A DNA stretch of 62,908 bases, counting the filler, from Nemertoderma westbladi (Eukaryota; Animalia; Xenacoelomorpha): assembly GCA_032718475.1 (NCBI GenBank). It is 4 parts of 4 records of this genome, joined end to end, with 100 filler letters (N's around TTAATTAATTAA, not from the genome) between each part and the next. Parts side by side here need not be neighbours in the genome. Positions count along the whole stretch, not along the records: positions 22,203 to 49,481 come from JAUCBJ010006484.1; 3 more parts are not named here. The stretch is one strand, 5' to 3'. The notes under the pieces are model-generated. The model searched no databases. It was not told the origin of the DNA and saw only the letters and a program-made list of their open reading frames with translations. Shown here piece after piece: positions 24,469-39,200 of this stretch; the first letter of the stretch is position 1, and every line of letters starts with the position of its first letter. The translations under genes were made by a program, and so were the position numbers.

Positions 24469-25607
24469 TGGATGTCATGTTCATGTACCGGTACAGTAGC
24501 AAAATGCACTGGCATGGCAACATATCCAATCCAGCCACTCTACTTGAAATTATACCGGTCTGCCAGTAGATTTTTTTTTATTCTATTCAATTTTTTTTTT
24601 ATTTCTATTTTTAAAAAGAGTTGGGCCTAGGCCTTAAAAATTTTCGCTCGCTTCGCTCGCGTTTGTGTTTTATGCGGTATGCCTGCCTACTGTACGCTCT
24701 AGGCCTACTCTTATTCATCATTCTAATAACTATAATAGGGATATTGGATTACAGTGATATTTTATTACTGTATTACAGTATTTGTTTATTAACCTATAGA
24801 AGTAGTTCCGTGCCTTGAACTGTTTTGCACTCCCATGTTTTGCACATTATGGACAAACCGACAGATTGAGCATTGAAGGTACCTTACCGTATTCTATCCA
24901 CGTTAATCATCATGGCCAATCAGGCCAAAGTTTTAATGTCTTTCAAAATATGAGTTGTTTGAAAGGTTTTTCAATTGTTCACACCAATCAGCCAATATAG
25001 CTTAAAACCCCGATTCAGCAGATTTTCCGTGCTCGCTACACTCCTGCACTCGCGATTTAATTCATAATCACATCTGTAGGTAAAAAATAGTCGGTTGACC
25101 AAAAAAATCTTGCTTGCTACGCTCGCAATTTAATCACATATGTATTTAAAAACAGTCGGTTGACATACAGGTACTACAGTATCTGAATATTACAGTATTA
25201 CTGTACGCCTATTCATGTTTACATTTCTGCAAATTTTTCTTGCTCGCTGCGCTCGCATTTTCATTTTAAAATACTGTAGGAGTGGCAGAGTGGGTCTAGC
25301 TTTAGGTCTGTCTGTAGCGTAGGTACGGTACTGCAGTATAAACTGATAAATGATTACAATAATTGCAAAATTTAATGGTCAATCTTTCAATGGTTGGCGC
25401 GCATTGAATGTCATGGCTGGCGCGCTTTTCGTTTAACCAGAATCCGTGTGGCGCGCTTTTTGTCAATATTCCATATAGTCTCTTTACTCTAATCGAAATC
25501 TACTCATTTAATCAGTAGATCTATACTTTATGTAATTCTACTTATATAATTATATATTCTACTGCTAGTTGAATACGTTGACGGTAACTCAAGATCGTGG
25601 TTTAACC

Positions 25608-27251
25608 ATGGGTGATTTAGACAAGATTGTTGAGTCTCTCAATAAACAAGACTTTCAAGCGAAAGTAGATGCTGCATCGGACGTTGTTCAATATTTATCT
25701 ACGAACCCTAAACTTTCCGGTACGGATTTGGACCGTCTCGTGGACGGTTTAAGTGGGGCACTGACGGTCAGCAGTTTTAAAGTATGTTTAAGTTCTTTAG
25801 ACGCATTGATTGCGTTAGTTGAACGACTCAGGTCCAAATTGAAACTCCATGTCAATACAATAATTAATCCATTGATTGACAGAATGGGAGATAATAAAGA
25901 CCAAGTGCGAGAGAAAACTCAGACTTTATTTCTCGCTCTAATGGGGTGCGCTGCTACTCCGCAATACGTTTGGGACCGACTAACACCATCTACATTCTCC
26001 CACAAAAACTACAGAATCAGAGAGGAAACCACAAAACTCCTCCCCTGTACATTGGCTTCTTTCCATACGACTTCGGTATCGCTCGGTAAAATCCTTCCCA
26101 ACCTCGTTCCCCTCCTTTCCGATCCCAACATTTCCGTGCGTGAGTCCGCTGTGGAGGCTGTCCTCGATATCTGGCGACATATCGGCGATCGCCTACTCAC
26201 CGACCTATCCCGAACCAACATCCAACCCGCCAAGGTTGCCATAATCAACGCCAAGGTCGACACTCTTAAACGATTGGGGGACGTTAACCCGCGGGATAAC
26301 GTGAATGTTTACGTCGTATCCGATGTCCAGAGATCTAACCCTACCACTGGGTCTCGCCCAGCCCCCCAGACCAAGCCATCGCGCGTCGCAATAAACGGGG
26401 GCCACAAACTGCGACCGCTGAGCAGCAAGTCCACCGGCGCGTCTGCCGGCGGTATCACAGAGGACGACTTCGAGAAAGCCTTCATCGATATATCACCTAC
26501 GACAATCAGCTCATCGAGACAGGCAGAGGAAGAGTTCACTAAGATCAAGGAGATTCTATCCAACGAACGGAACGATTGGGAACAGCGGGTGAAAGCGCTT
26601 CGTAAGATTCGCTCCATGGTTGTCGGAGGCATCATGTCGTTGGATAACTTCAATCACGAACTGCGAGGACTCGAGGACGTTTTCTGTATCTCCGTCAAGG
26701 ACCTCCGTTCCCAGGTCTGTCGGGAGTGCTGCATCACCTTGGCTTTCCTCGCCACCAAACTCGGCTCGAGTTTCTCGCACACCGCCGAGATCGTTCTCCC
26801 AACGATCTTCGGTCTTCTAGTTTCCAGCGCCAAGATCATCTCGACATCCGCCTCCGTATGCATCAACATAATCCTCCGACACACCCAGTCCTACAGACTC
26901 ATCCCGGTCCTCCTATCGTACACCTCCTCCAAGGCCGTCTTCATCCGCAGACAGGCCCTTCTCAGTCTCGAGGAGATCCTCCGCATCTGGAATCGCGAGT
27001 CAATGACGAAACACGTCGCCTTGATTAAAGATTCCATCATAAAAGCGATTAGCGACGCTGACGGTGAGGTCCGAGCGACCGCTCGGAAGGTCTACTGGGC
27101 GTTTAACGAGCACTTCCCGAAGGAGGCCGCCGTTATAATGAACACGTTGGACTCTGCCAAGCAGCGCATGTTGAAAGGGAACTTATCCGGTGCCGGTTCC
27201 ATCAACAGTCTCGCCAACGCTAGATCATCGGGTTCCATTACCAGTTCCCAG
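25608..27251 (+). CDS. CLASP: CLIP-associating protein (CLASP/Orbit/MAST), exon 1: TOG1 and TOG2 (shown to the first splice donor)
   Basis: ACCATGG start; HEAT/TOG motifs LIDRMGDNKDQVRE, LLSDPNISVRESA, DWEQRVKALRKIRS, KDLRSQVCRECCITLAFL, ISDADGEVRATARKVYW; ends ...SSQ at CAG|GTAAGT (phase 0). Confidence 0.93.
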
Positions 27252-30200
27252 GTAAGTTCCGTTGATTCCATTACCAGTTCCCATGTAAGTTCCGTTGGTT
27301 CCATTACCAGTTCCCAGGTAAGTTCCGTTGGTTCCATTACTAGTTCCCATGTAAGTTCCGTTGGTTCCATTACCAGTTCCCAGGTAAGTTCCGTTGGTTC
27401 CATTACCAGTTCCCAGGTAAGTTCCGTTGGTTCCATTACCAGTTCCCAGGTAAGTTCCGTTGGTTCCATTACCAGTTCCCATGTAAGTTCCGTTGGTTCC
27501 ATTACCAGTTCCCATGTAAGTTCCGTTGGTTCCATTACCAGTTCCCAGGTAAATTCCGTTGGTTCCATTACTAGTTCCCATGTAAGTTCCGTTGGTTCCA
27601 TTACCAGTTCCCAGGTAAGTTCCGTTGGTTCCATTACCAGTTCCCAGGTAAGTTCCGTTGGTTCCATTACCAGTTCCCAGGTAAGTTCCGTTGGTTCCAT
27701 TACCAGTTCCCAGGTAAGTTCCGTTGGTTCCATTACCAGTTCCCAGGTAAGTTCCGTTGGTTCCATTACTAGTTCCCATGTAAGTTCCGTTGGTTCCATT
27801 ACCAGTTCCCATGTAAGTTCCGTTGGTTCCATTACCAGTTCCCAGGTAAGTTTCGTTGATTCCATTACCAGTTCCCAGGTAAGTTCCGTTGGTTCCATTA
27901 CCAGTTCCCAGGTAAGTTCCGTTGGTTCCATTACCAGTTCCCAGGTAAGTTCCGTTGGTTCCATTACCAGTTCCCAGGTAAGTTCCGTTGGTTCCATTAC
28001 CAGTTCCCAGGTAAGTTCCGTTGGTTCCATTACCAGTTCCCATGTAAGTTCCGTTGGTTCCATTACCAGTTCCCAGGTAAGTTCCGTTGGTTCCATTACC
28101 AGTTCCCAGGTAAGTTCCGTTGGTTCCATTACCAGTTCCCAGGTAAGTTCCGTTGGTTCCATTACCAGTTCCCAGGTAAGTTCCGTTGGTTCCATTACCA
28201 GTTCCCATGTAAGTTCCGTTGGTTCCATTACCAGTTCCCAGGTAAGTTCCGTTGGTTCCATTACCAGTTCCGTTGGTTCCATTACCAGTTCCCATGTAAG
28301 TTCCGTTGGTTCCATTACCAGTTCCCATGTAAGTTCCGTTGGTTCCATTACCAGTTCCCATGTAAGTTCCGTTGGTTCCATTACCAGTTCCCATGTAAGT
28401 TCCGTTGGTTCCATTACCAGTTCCCATGTAAGTTCCGTTGGTTCCATTACCAGTTCCCATGTAAGTTCCGTTGGTTCCATTACCAGTTCCCAGGTAAGTT
28501 CTGTTGGTTCCATTACCAGTTCCCAGGTAAGTTCCGTTGGTTCCATTACCAGTTCCCAGGTAAGTTCCGTTGGTTCCATTACCAGTTCCCAGGTAAGTTC
28601 CGTTGGTTCCATTACCAGTTCCGTTGGTTCCATTACCAGTTCCCAGGTAAGTTCCGTTGGTTCCATTACCAGTTCCCAGGTAAGTTCCGTTGGTTCCATT
28701 ACCAGTTCCCATGTAAGTTCCGTTGGTTCCATTACCAGTTCCCAGGTAAGTTCCGTTGGTTCCATTACCAGTTCCGTTGGTTCCATTACCTGTTCCGTTG
28801 GTTCCATTACCTGTTCCCATGTAAGTTCCGTTGGTTCCATTACCAGTTCCAAGGTAAGTTCCGTTGGTTCCATTACCAGTTCCCATGTAAGTTCCGTTGG
28901 TTCCATTACCTGTTCCCATGTAAGTTCCGTTGGTTCTATTACCAGTTCCCAGGTAAGTTCTGTTGGTTCCATTACCAGTTCCCAGGTAAGTTCCGTTGGT
29001 TCCTTTACCAGTTCCCAGGTAAGTTCCGTTGGTTCCATTACCAGTTCCCAGGTAAGTTCCGTTGGTTCCATTACCAGTTCCGTTGGTTCCATTACCAGTT
29101 CCCAGGTAAGTTCCGTTGGTTCCATTACCAGTTCCCAGGTAAGTTCCGTTGGTTCCATTACCAGTTCCCATGTAAGTTCCGTTGGTTCCATTACCAGTTC
29201 CCATGTAAGTTCCGTTGGTTCCATTACCAGTTCCCATGTAAGTTCCGTTGGTTCCATTACCAGTTCCCAGGTAAGTTCCGTTGATTCCATTACCAGTTCC
29301 CATGTAAGTTCCGTTGGTTCCATTACCAGTTCCCAGGTAAGTTCCGTTGGTTCCATTACCAGTTCCCAGGTAAGTTCCGTTGGTTCCATTACTAGTTCCC
29401 AGGTAAGTTCCGTTGGTTCCATTACCAGTTCCCATGTAAGTTCCGTTGGTTCCATTACCAGTTCCCAGGTAAGTTCCGTTGGTTCCATTACCAGTTCCCA
29501 GGTAAGTTCCGTTGGTTCCATTACCAGTTCCCAGGTAAGTTCCGTTGGTTCCATTACCAGTTCCCATGTAAGTTCCGTTGGTTCCATTACCAGTTCCCAG
29601 GTAAGTTCCGTTGGTTCCATTACCAGTTCCGTTGGTTCCATTACCAGTTCCCATGTAAGTTCCGTTGGTTCCATTACCAGTTCCCATGTAAGTTCCGTTG
29701 GTTCCATTACCAGTTCCCATGTAAGTTCCGTTGGTTCCATTACCAGTTCCCATGTAAGTTCCGTTGGTTCCATTACCAGTTCCCATGTAAGTTCCGTTGG
29801 TTCCATTACCAGTTCCCATGTAAGTTCCGTTGGTTCCATTACCAGTTCCCAGGTAAGTTCTGTTGGTTCCATTACCAGTTCCCAGGTAAGTTCCGTTGGT
29901 TCCATTACCAGTTCCCAGGTAAGTTCCGTTGGTTCCATTACCAGTTCCCAGGTAAGTTCCGTTGGTTCCATTACCAGTTCCGTTGGTTCCATTACCAGTT
30001 CCCAGGTAAGTTCCGTTGGTTCCATTACCAGTTCCCAGGTAAGTTCCGTTGGTTCCATTACCAGTTCCCATGTAAGTTCCGTTGGTTCCATTACCAGTTC
30101 CCAGGTAAGTTCCGTTGGTTCCATTACCAGTTCCGTTGGTTCCATTACCTGTTCCGTTGGTTCCATTACCTGTTCCCATGTAAGTTCCGTTGGTTCCATT

Positions 30201-33200
30201 ACCAGTTCCAAGGTAAGTTCCGTTGGTTCCATTACCAGTTCCCATGTAAGTTCCGTTGGTTCCATTACCTGTTCCCATGTAAGTTCCGTTGGTTCTATTA
30301 CCAGTTCCCAGGTAAGTTCTGTTGGTTCCATTACCAGTTCCCAGGTAAGTTCCGTTGGTTCCTTTACCAGTTCCCAGGTAAGTTCCGTTGGTTCCATTAC
30401 CAGTTCCCAGGTAAGTTCCGTTGGTTCCATTACCAGTTCCGTTGGTTCCATTACCAGTTCCCAGGTAAGTTCCGTTGGTTCCATTACCAGTTCCCAGGTA
30501 AGTTCCGTTGGTTCCATTACCAGTTCCCATGTAAGTTCCGTTGGTTCCATTACCAGTTCCCATGTAAGTTCCGTTGGTTCCATTACCAGTTCCCATGTAA
30601 GTTCCGTTGGTTCCATTACCAGTTCCCAGGTAAGTTCCGTTGATTCCATTACCAGTTCCCATGTAAGTTCCGTTGGTTCCATTACCAGTTCCCAGGTAAG
30701 TTCCGTTGGTTCCATTACCAGTTCCCAGGTAAGTTCCGTTGGTTCCATTACTAGTTCCCAGGTAAGTTCCGTTGGTTCCATTACCAGTTCCCATGTAAGT
30801 TCCGTTGGTTCCATTACCAGTTCCCAGGTAAGTTCCGTTGATTCCATTACCAGTTCCCAGGTAAGTTCCGTTGGTTCCATTACCAGTTCCCAGGTAAGTT
30901 TCGTTGGTTCCATTACCAGTTCCCAGGTAAGTTCCGTTGATTCCATTACCAGTTCCCAGGTAAGTTTCGTTGGTTCCATTACCAGTTCCCAGGTAAGTTC
31001 CGTTGGTTCCATTACCAGTTCCCATGTAAGTTCCGTTGGTTCCATTACCAGTTCCCAGGTAAGTTCCGTTGGTTCCATTACCAGTTCCGTTGGTTCCATT
31101 ACCAGTCCCATGTAAGTTCCGTTGGTTCCATTACCAGTTCCCATGTAAGTTCCGTTGGTTCCATTACCAGTTCCCAGGTAAGTTCTGTTGGTTCCATTAC
31201 CAGTTCCCAGGTAAGTTCCGTTGGTTCCATTACCAGTTCCCAGGTAAGTTCCGTTGGTTCATTACCAGTTCCCAGGTAAGTTCCGTTGGTTCCATTACCA
31301 GTTCCCATGTAAGTTCCGTTGGTTCCATTACCAGTTCCCAGGTAAGTTCCGTTGGTTCCTTTACCAGTTCCCAGGTAAGTTCCGTTGGTTCCATTACCAG
31401 TTCCCAGGTAAGTTCCGTTGGTTCCATTACCAGTTCCGTTGGTTCCATTACCAGTTCCCAGGTAAGTTCCGTTGGTTCCATTACCAGTTCCCAGGTAAGT
31501 TCCGTTGGTTCCATTACCAGTTCCCATGTAAGTTCCGTTGGTTCCATTACCAGTTCCCATGTAAGTTCCGTTGGTTCCATTACCAGTTCCCATGTAAGTT
31601 CCGTTGGTTCCATTACCAGTTCCCAGGTAAGTTCCGTTGATTCCATTACCAGTTCCCATGTAAGTTCCGTTGGTTCCATTACCAGTTCCCAGGTAAGTTC
31701 CGTTGGTTCCATTACCAGTTCCCAGGTAAGTTCCGTTGGTTCCATTACTAGTTCCCAGGTAAGTTCCGTTGGTTCCATTACCAGTTCCCATGTAAGTTCC
31801 GCTGGTTCCATTACCAGTTCCCAGGTAAGTTCCGTTGATTCCATTACCAGTTCCCAGGTAAGTTCCGTTGGTTCCATTACCAGTTCCCAGGTAAGTTTCG
31901 TTGGTTCCATTACCAGTTCCCAGGTAAGTTCCGTTGATTCCATTACCAGTTCCCAGGTAAGTTTCGTTGGTTCCATTACCAGTTCCCAGGTAAGTTCCGT
32001 TGGTTCCATTACCAGTTCCCATGTAAGTTCCGTTGGTTCCATTACCAGTTCCCAGGTAAGTTCCGTTGGTTCCATTACCAGTTCCGTTGGTTCCATTACC
32101 AGTCCCATGTAAGTTCCGTTGGTTCCATTACCAGTTCCCATGTAAGTTCCGTTGGTTCCATTACCAGTTCCCAGGTAAGTTCTGTTGGTTCCATTACCAG
32201 TTCCCAGGTAAGTTCCGTTGGTTCCATTACCAGTTCCCAGGTAAGTTCCGTTGGTTCATTACCAGTTCCCAGGTAAGTTCCGTTGGTTCCATTACCAGTT
32301 CCCATGTAAGTTCCGTTGGTTCCATTACCAGTTCCCAGGTAAGTTCCGTTGGTTCCATTACCAGTTCCGTTGGTTCCATTACCAGTTCCCAGGTAAGTTC
32401 CGTTGGTTCCATTACCAGTTCCCAGGTAAGTTCCGTTGGTTCCATTACCAGTTCCCAGGTAAGTTCCGTTGGTTCCATTACCAGTTCCCATGTAAGTTCC
32501 GTTGGTTCCATTACCTGTTCCCATGTAAGTTCCGTTGGTTCCATTACCAGTTCCCAGGTAAGTTATGTTGGTTCCATTACCAGTTCCCATGTAAGTTCCG
32601 TTAGTTCCATTACCTGTTCCCATGTAAGTTCCGTTGGTTCCATTACCAGTTCCCAGGTAAGTTCCGTTGGTTCCATTACCAGTTCCCAGGTAAGTTCCGT
32701 TGGTTCCATTACCAGTTCCGTTGGTTCCATTACCAGTTCCCAGGTAAGTTCCGTTGGTTCCATTACCAGTTCCCAGGTAAGTTCCGTTGGTTCCATTACC
32801 AGTTCCCATGTAAGTTCCGTTGGTTCCATTACCAGTTCCCAGGTAAGTTCCGTTGGTTCCATTACCTGTTCCCATGTAAGTTCCGTTTGTTCCATTACCA
32901 GTTCCCAGGTAAGTTCCGTTGGTTCCATTACCAGTTCCGTTGGTTCCATTACCAGTTCCCAGGTAAGTTCCGTTGGTTCCATTACCAGTTCCGTTGGTTC
33001 CATTACCAGTTCCCAGGTAAGTTCCGTTGGTTCCATTACCTGTTCCCATGTAAGTTCCGTTGGTTCCATTACCTGTTCCCATGTAAGTTCCGTTGGTTCC
33101 ATTACCTGTTCCCATGTAAGTTCCGTTGGTTCATTTACCAGTTCCCATGTAAGTTCCGTTGGTTCCATTACCAGTTCCCAGGTAAGTTCCGTTGATTCCA

Positions 33201-36200
33201 TTACCAGTTCCGTTGGTTCCATTACCAGTTCCCAGGTAAGTTCCGTTGGTTCCATTACCAGTTCCCATGTAAGTTCCGTTGGTTCCATTACCAGTTCCCA
33301 TGTAAGTTCCGTTGGTTCCATTACCAGTTCCCAGGTTAGTTCCGTTGATTCCATTACCAGTTCCCAGGTAAGTTCCGTTGGTTCCATTACCAGTTCCCAG
33401 GTAAGTTCCGTTGGTTCCATTACCAGTTCCCAGGTAAGTTCCGTTGGTTCCATTACCTGTTCCCATGTAAGTTCCGTTGGTTCCATTACCAGTTCCAAGG
33501 TAAGTTCCGTTGGTTCCATTACCAGTTCCCAGGTAAGTTCCGTTGGTTCCATTACCAGTTCCAAGGTAAGTTCCGTTGGTTCCATTACCAGTTCCCAGGT
33601 AAGTTCCGTTGGTTCCATTACCAGTTCCGTTGGTTCCATTACCAGTTCCCAGGTAAGTTCCGTTGGTTCCATTACCAGTTCCCAGGTAAGTTCCGTTGGT
33701 TCCATTACCAGTTCCCATGTAAGTTCCGTTAGTTCCATTACCTGTTCCCATGTAAGTTCCGTTGGTTCCATTACCAGTTCCCAGGTAAGTTATGTTGGTT
33801 CCATTACCAGTTCCCATGTAAGTTCCGTTGGTTCCATTACCTGTTCCCATGTAAGTTCCGTTGGTTCCATTACCAGTTCCCAGGTAAGTTCCGTTGGTTC
33901 CATTACCAGTTCCCAGGTAAGTTCCGTTGGTTCCATTACCAGTTCCCATGTAAGTTCCGTTCGTTCCATTACCAGTTCCCAGGTAAGTTCCGTTGGTTCC
34001 ATTACCTGTTCCCATGTAAGTTCCGTTGGTTCCATTACCAGTTCCCAGGTAAGTTCCGTTGGTTCCATTACCAGTTCCCAGGTAAGTTCTGTTGGTTCCA
34101 TTACCAGTTCCCAGGTAAGTTCCGTTGGTTCCATTACCAGTTCCCAGGTAAGTTCCGTTGGTTCCATTACCAGTTCCCAGGTAAGTTCCGTTGGTTCCAT
34201 TACCAGTTCCCATGTAAGTTCCGTTGGTTCCATTACCAGTTCCCAGGTAAGTTCCGTTGGTTCCATTACCAGTTCCGTTGGTTCCATTACCAGTTCCCAG
34301 GTAAGTTCCGTTGGTTCCATTACCAGTTCCCAGGTAAGTTCCGTTGGTTCCATTACCAGTTCCCATGTAAGTTCCGTTGGTTCCATTACCAGTTCCCAGG
34401 TAAGTTATGTTGGTTCCATTACCAGTTCCCAGGTAAGTTCCGTTGGTTCCATTACCAGTTCCCAGGTAAGTTCCGTTGGTTCCATTACCAGTTTCCAGGT
34501 AAGTTCCGTTGGTTCCATTACCTGTTCCCATGTAAGTTCCGTTGGTTCCATTACCAGTTCCGTTGGTTCCATTACCAGTTCCCAGGTAAGTTCCGTTGGT
34601 TCCATTACCAGTTCCCAGGTAAGTTCCGTTGATTCCATTACCAGTTCCCAGGTAAGTTCCGTTGGTTCCATTACCAGTTCCCAGGTAAGTTCTGTTGGTT
34701 CCATTACCAGTTCCCAGGTAAGTTCCGTTGGTTCCATTACCAGTTCCCAGGTAAGTTCCGTTGGTTCCATTACCAGTTCCCAGGTAAGTTCCGTTGGTTC
34801 CATTACCAGTTCCCATGTAAGTTCCGTTGGTTCCATTACCAGTTCCAAGGTAAGTTCCGTTGGTTCCATTACCAGTTCCCAGGTAAGTTCCGTTGGTTCC
34901 ATTACCAGTTCCCAGGTAAGTTCCGTTGGTTCCATTACCAGTTCCCAGGTAAGTTCCGTTGGTTCCATTACCAGTTCCCATGTAAGTTCCGTTGGTTCCA
35001 TTACCTGTTCCCATGTAAGTTCTGTTGGTTCCATTACCAGTTCCCAGGTAAGTTCCGTTGGTTCCATTACCAGTTCTGTTGGTTCCATTACCAGTTCCCA
35101 GGTAAGTTCCGTTGGTTCCATTACCTGTTCCCATGTAAGTTCCGTTGGTTCCATTACCTGTTCCCATGTAAGTTCCGTTGGTTCCATTACCTGTTCCCAT
35201 GTAAGTTCCGTTGATTCCATTACCAGTTCCGTTGGTTCCATTACCAGTTCCCAGGTAAGTTCCGTTGGTTCCATTACCAGTTCCCAGGTAAGTTCCGTTG
35301 GTTCCATTACCAGTTCCGTTGGTTCCATTACCAGTTCCCAGGTAAGTTCCGTTGGTTCCATTACCAGTTCCCAGGTAAGTTCCGTTGGTTCCATTACCAG
35401 TTCCCATGTAAGTTCCGTTGGTTCCATTACCTGTTCCCATGTAAGTTCCGTTGGTTCCATTACCAGTTCCCAGGTAAGTTATGTTGGTTCCATTACCAGT
35501 TCCCATGTAAGTTCCGTTGGTTCCATTACCTGTTCCCATGTAAGTTCCGTTGGTTCCATTACCAGTTCCCAGGTAAGTTCCGTTGGTTGCATTACCAGTT
35601 CCCAGGTAAGTTCCGTTGGTTCCATTACCAGTTCCGTTGGTTCCATTACCAGTTCCCAGGTAAGTTCCGTTGGTTCCATTACCAGTTCCCAGGTAAGTTC
35701 CGTTGGTTCCATTACCAGTTCCCATGTAAGTTCCGTTGGTTCCATTACCAGTTCCCAGGTAAGTTCCGTTGGTTCCATTACCTGTTCCCATGTAAGTTCC
35801 GTTGGTTCCATTACCTGTTCCCATGTAAGTTCCGTTGATTCCATTACCAGTTCCGTTGGTTCCATTACCAGTTCCCAGGTAAGTTCCGTTGGTTCCATTA
35901 CCAGTTCCCAGGTAAGTTCCGTTGGTTCCATTACCAGTTCCGTTGGTTCCATTACCAGTTCCCAGGTAAGTTCCGTTGGTTCCATTACCAGTTCCCATGT
36001 AAGTTCCGTTGGTTCCATTACCAGTTCCCAGGTAAGTTCCGTTGGTTCCATTACCTGTTCCCATGTAAGTTCCGTTGGTTCCATTACCTGTTCCCATGTA
36101 AGTTCCGTTGGTTCCATTACCAGTTCCCATGTAAGTTCCGTTGGTTCCATTACCAGTTCCCATGTAAGTTCCGTTGGTTCCATTACCAGTTCCCAGGTAA

Positions 36201-39200
36201 GTTCCGTTGGTTCCATTACCAGTTCCCAGGTTAGTTCCGTTGATTCCATTACCAGTTCCCAGGTAAGTTCCGTTGGTTCCATTACCAGTTCCCAGGTAAG
36301 TTCCGTTGGTTCCATTACCAGTTCCCAGGTAAGTTCCGTTGGTTCCATTACCAGTTCCCAGGTAAGTTCCGTTGGTTCCATTACCAGTTCCCATGTAAGC
36401 TCCGTTGGTTCCATTACCTGTTCCCATGTAAGTTCCGTTGGTTCCATTACTAGTTCCCAGGTAAGTTCCGTTGGTTCCATTACCAGTTCCCAGGTTAGTT
36501 CCGTTGGTTCCATTACCAGTTCCAAGGTAAGTTCCGTTGGTTCCATTACCAGTTCCCAGGTAAGTTCCGTTGGTTCCATTACCAGTTCCCATGTAAGCTC
36601 CGTTGGTTCCATTACCTGTTCCCATGTAAGTTCCGTTGGTTCCATTACCAGTTCCCAGGTAAGTTCCGTTGGTTCCATTACTAGTTCCCAGGTAAGTTCC
36701 GTTGGTTCCATTACCTGTTCCCAGGTAAGTTCCGTTGGTTCCATTACCAGTTCCCATGTAAGTTCCGTTGGTTCCATTACCAGTTCCCAGGTTAGTTCCG
36801 TTGATTCCATTACCAGTTCCCAGGTAAGTTCCGTTGGTTCCATTACCAGTTCCCACGTAAGTTCCGTTGGTTCCATTACCAGTTCCCATGTAAGTTCCGT
36901 TGGTTCCATTACCAGTTCCCAGGTAAGTTCCGTTGGTTCCATTACCAGTTCCCATGTAAGTTCCGTTGGTTCCATTACCAGTTCCGTTGGTTCCATTACC
37001 AGTTCCCATGTAAGTTCCGTTGGTTCCATTACCTGTTCCCATGTAAGTTCCGTTGGTTCCATTACCTGTTCCCATGTAAGTTCCGTTGGTTCCATTACCA
37101 GTTCCCAGGTAAGTTCCGTTGGTTCCATTACCAGTTCCCAGGTAAGTTCCGTTGGTTCCATTACCAGTTCCGTTGGTTCCATTACCAGTTCCCAGGTAAG
37201 TTCCGTTGGTTCCATTACCAGTTCCCAGGTAAGTTCCGTTGGTTCCATTACCAGTTCCCATGTAAGTTCTGTTGGTTCCATTACCAGTTCCCAGGTAAGT
37301 TCCGTTGGTTCCATTACCTGTTCCCATGTAAGTTCCGTTGGTTCCATTACCAGTTCCCAGGTAAGTTCCGTTGGTTCCATTACCAGTTCCCAGGTAAGTT
37401 CTGTTGGTTCCATTACCAGTTCCCAGGTAAGTTCCGTTGGTTCCATTACCAGTTCCCAGGTAAGTTCCGTTGGTTCCATTACCAGTTCCCAGGTAAGTTC
37501 CGTTGGTTCCATTACCAGTTCCCATGTAAGTTCCGTTGGTTCCATTACCAGTTCCCAGGTAAGTTCCGTTGGTTCCATTACCAGTTCCGTTGGTTCCATT
37601 ACCAGTTCCCAGGTAAGTTCCGTTGGTTCCATTACCAGTTCCCAGGTAAGTTCCGTTGGTTCCATTACCAGTTCCCATGTAAGTTCCGTTGGTTCCATTA
37701 CCAGTTCCCAGGTAAGTTATGTTGGTTCCATTACCAGTTCCCAGGTAAGTTCCGTTGGTTCCATTACCAGTTTCCAGGTAAGTTCCGTTGGTTCCATTAC
37801 CAGTTCCCAGGTAAGTTCCGTTGGTTCCATTACCAGTTTCCAGGTAAGTTCCGTTGGTTCCATTACCTGTTCCCATGTAAGTTCCGTTGGTTCCATTACC
37901 AGTTCCGTTGGTTCCATTACCAGTTCCCAGGTAAGTTCCGTTGGTTCCATTACCAGTTCCCAGGTAAGTTCCGTTGGTTCCATTACCAGTTCCCAGGTAA
38001 GTTCCGTTGGTTCCATTACCAGTTCCCAGGTAAGTTCTGTTGGTACCATTACCAGTTCCCAGGTAAGTTCCGTTGGTTCCATTACCAGTTCCCAGGTAAG
38101 TTCCGTTGGTTCCATTACCAGTTCCCAGGTAAGTTCCGTTGGTTCCATTACCAGTTCCCACGTAAGTTCCGTTGGTTCCATTACCAGAACAAGGTAAGTT
38201 CCGTTGGTTCCATTACCAGTTCCCAGGTAAGTTCCGTTGGTTCCATTACCAGTTCCCAGGTAAGTTCCGTTGGTTCCATTACCAGTTCCCAGGTAAGTTC
38301 CGTTGGTTCCATTACCAGTTCCCATGTAAGTTCCGTTGGTTCCATTACCTGTTCCCATGTAAGTTCTGTTGGTTCCATTACCAGTTCCCAGGTAAGTTCC
38401 GTTGGTTCCATTACCAGTTCCGTTGGTTCCATTACCAGTTCCCAGGTAAGTTCCGTTGGTTCCATTACCTGTTCCCATGTAAGTTCCGTTGGTTCCATTA
38501 CCTGTTCCCATGTAAGTTCCGTTGGTTCCATTACCTGTTCCCATGTAAGTTCCGTTGATTCCATTACCAGTTCCGTTGGTTCCATTACCAGTTCCCAGGT
38601 AAGTTCCGTTGGTTCCATTACCAGTTCCCATGTAAGTTCCGTTGGTTTCATTACCAGTTCCGTTGGTTCCATTACCAGTTCCCAGGTAAGTTCCGTTGGT
38701 TCCATTACCAGTTCCCAGGTAAGTTCCGTTGGTTCCATTACCAGTTCCCATGTAAGTTCCGTTGGTTCCATTACCTGTTCCCATGTAAGTTCCGTTGGTT
38801 CCATTACCAGTTCCCAGGTAAGTTATGTTGGTTCCATTACCAGTTCCCATGTAAGTTCCGTTGGTTCCATTACCTGTTCCCATGTAAGTTCCGTTGGTTC
38901 CATTACCAGTTCCCAGGTAAGTTCCGTTGGTTCCATTACCAGTTCCCAGGTAAGTTCCGTTGGTTCCATTACCAGTTCCGTTGGTTCCATTACCAGTTCC
39001 CAGGTAAGTTCCGTTGGTTCCATTACCAGTTCCCAGGTAAGTTCCGTTGGTTCCATTACCAGTTCCCATGTAAGTTCCGTTGGTTCCATTACCAGTTCCC
39101 AGGTAAGTTCCGTTGGTTCCATTACCTGTTCCCATGTAAGTTCCGTTGGTTCCATTACCTGTTCCCATGTAAGTTCCGTTGATTCCATTACCAGTTCTGT

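Noticed and set aside
24292-25489. 10-bp direct repeat CTCTTTACTC as a TSD around a ~1.2-kb element upstream of CLASP
   Set aside because: No convincing terminal inverted repeats at those boundaries, so element limits could not be supported.
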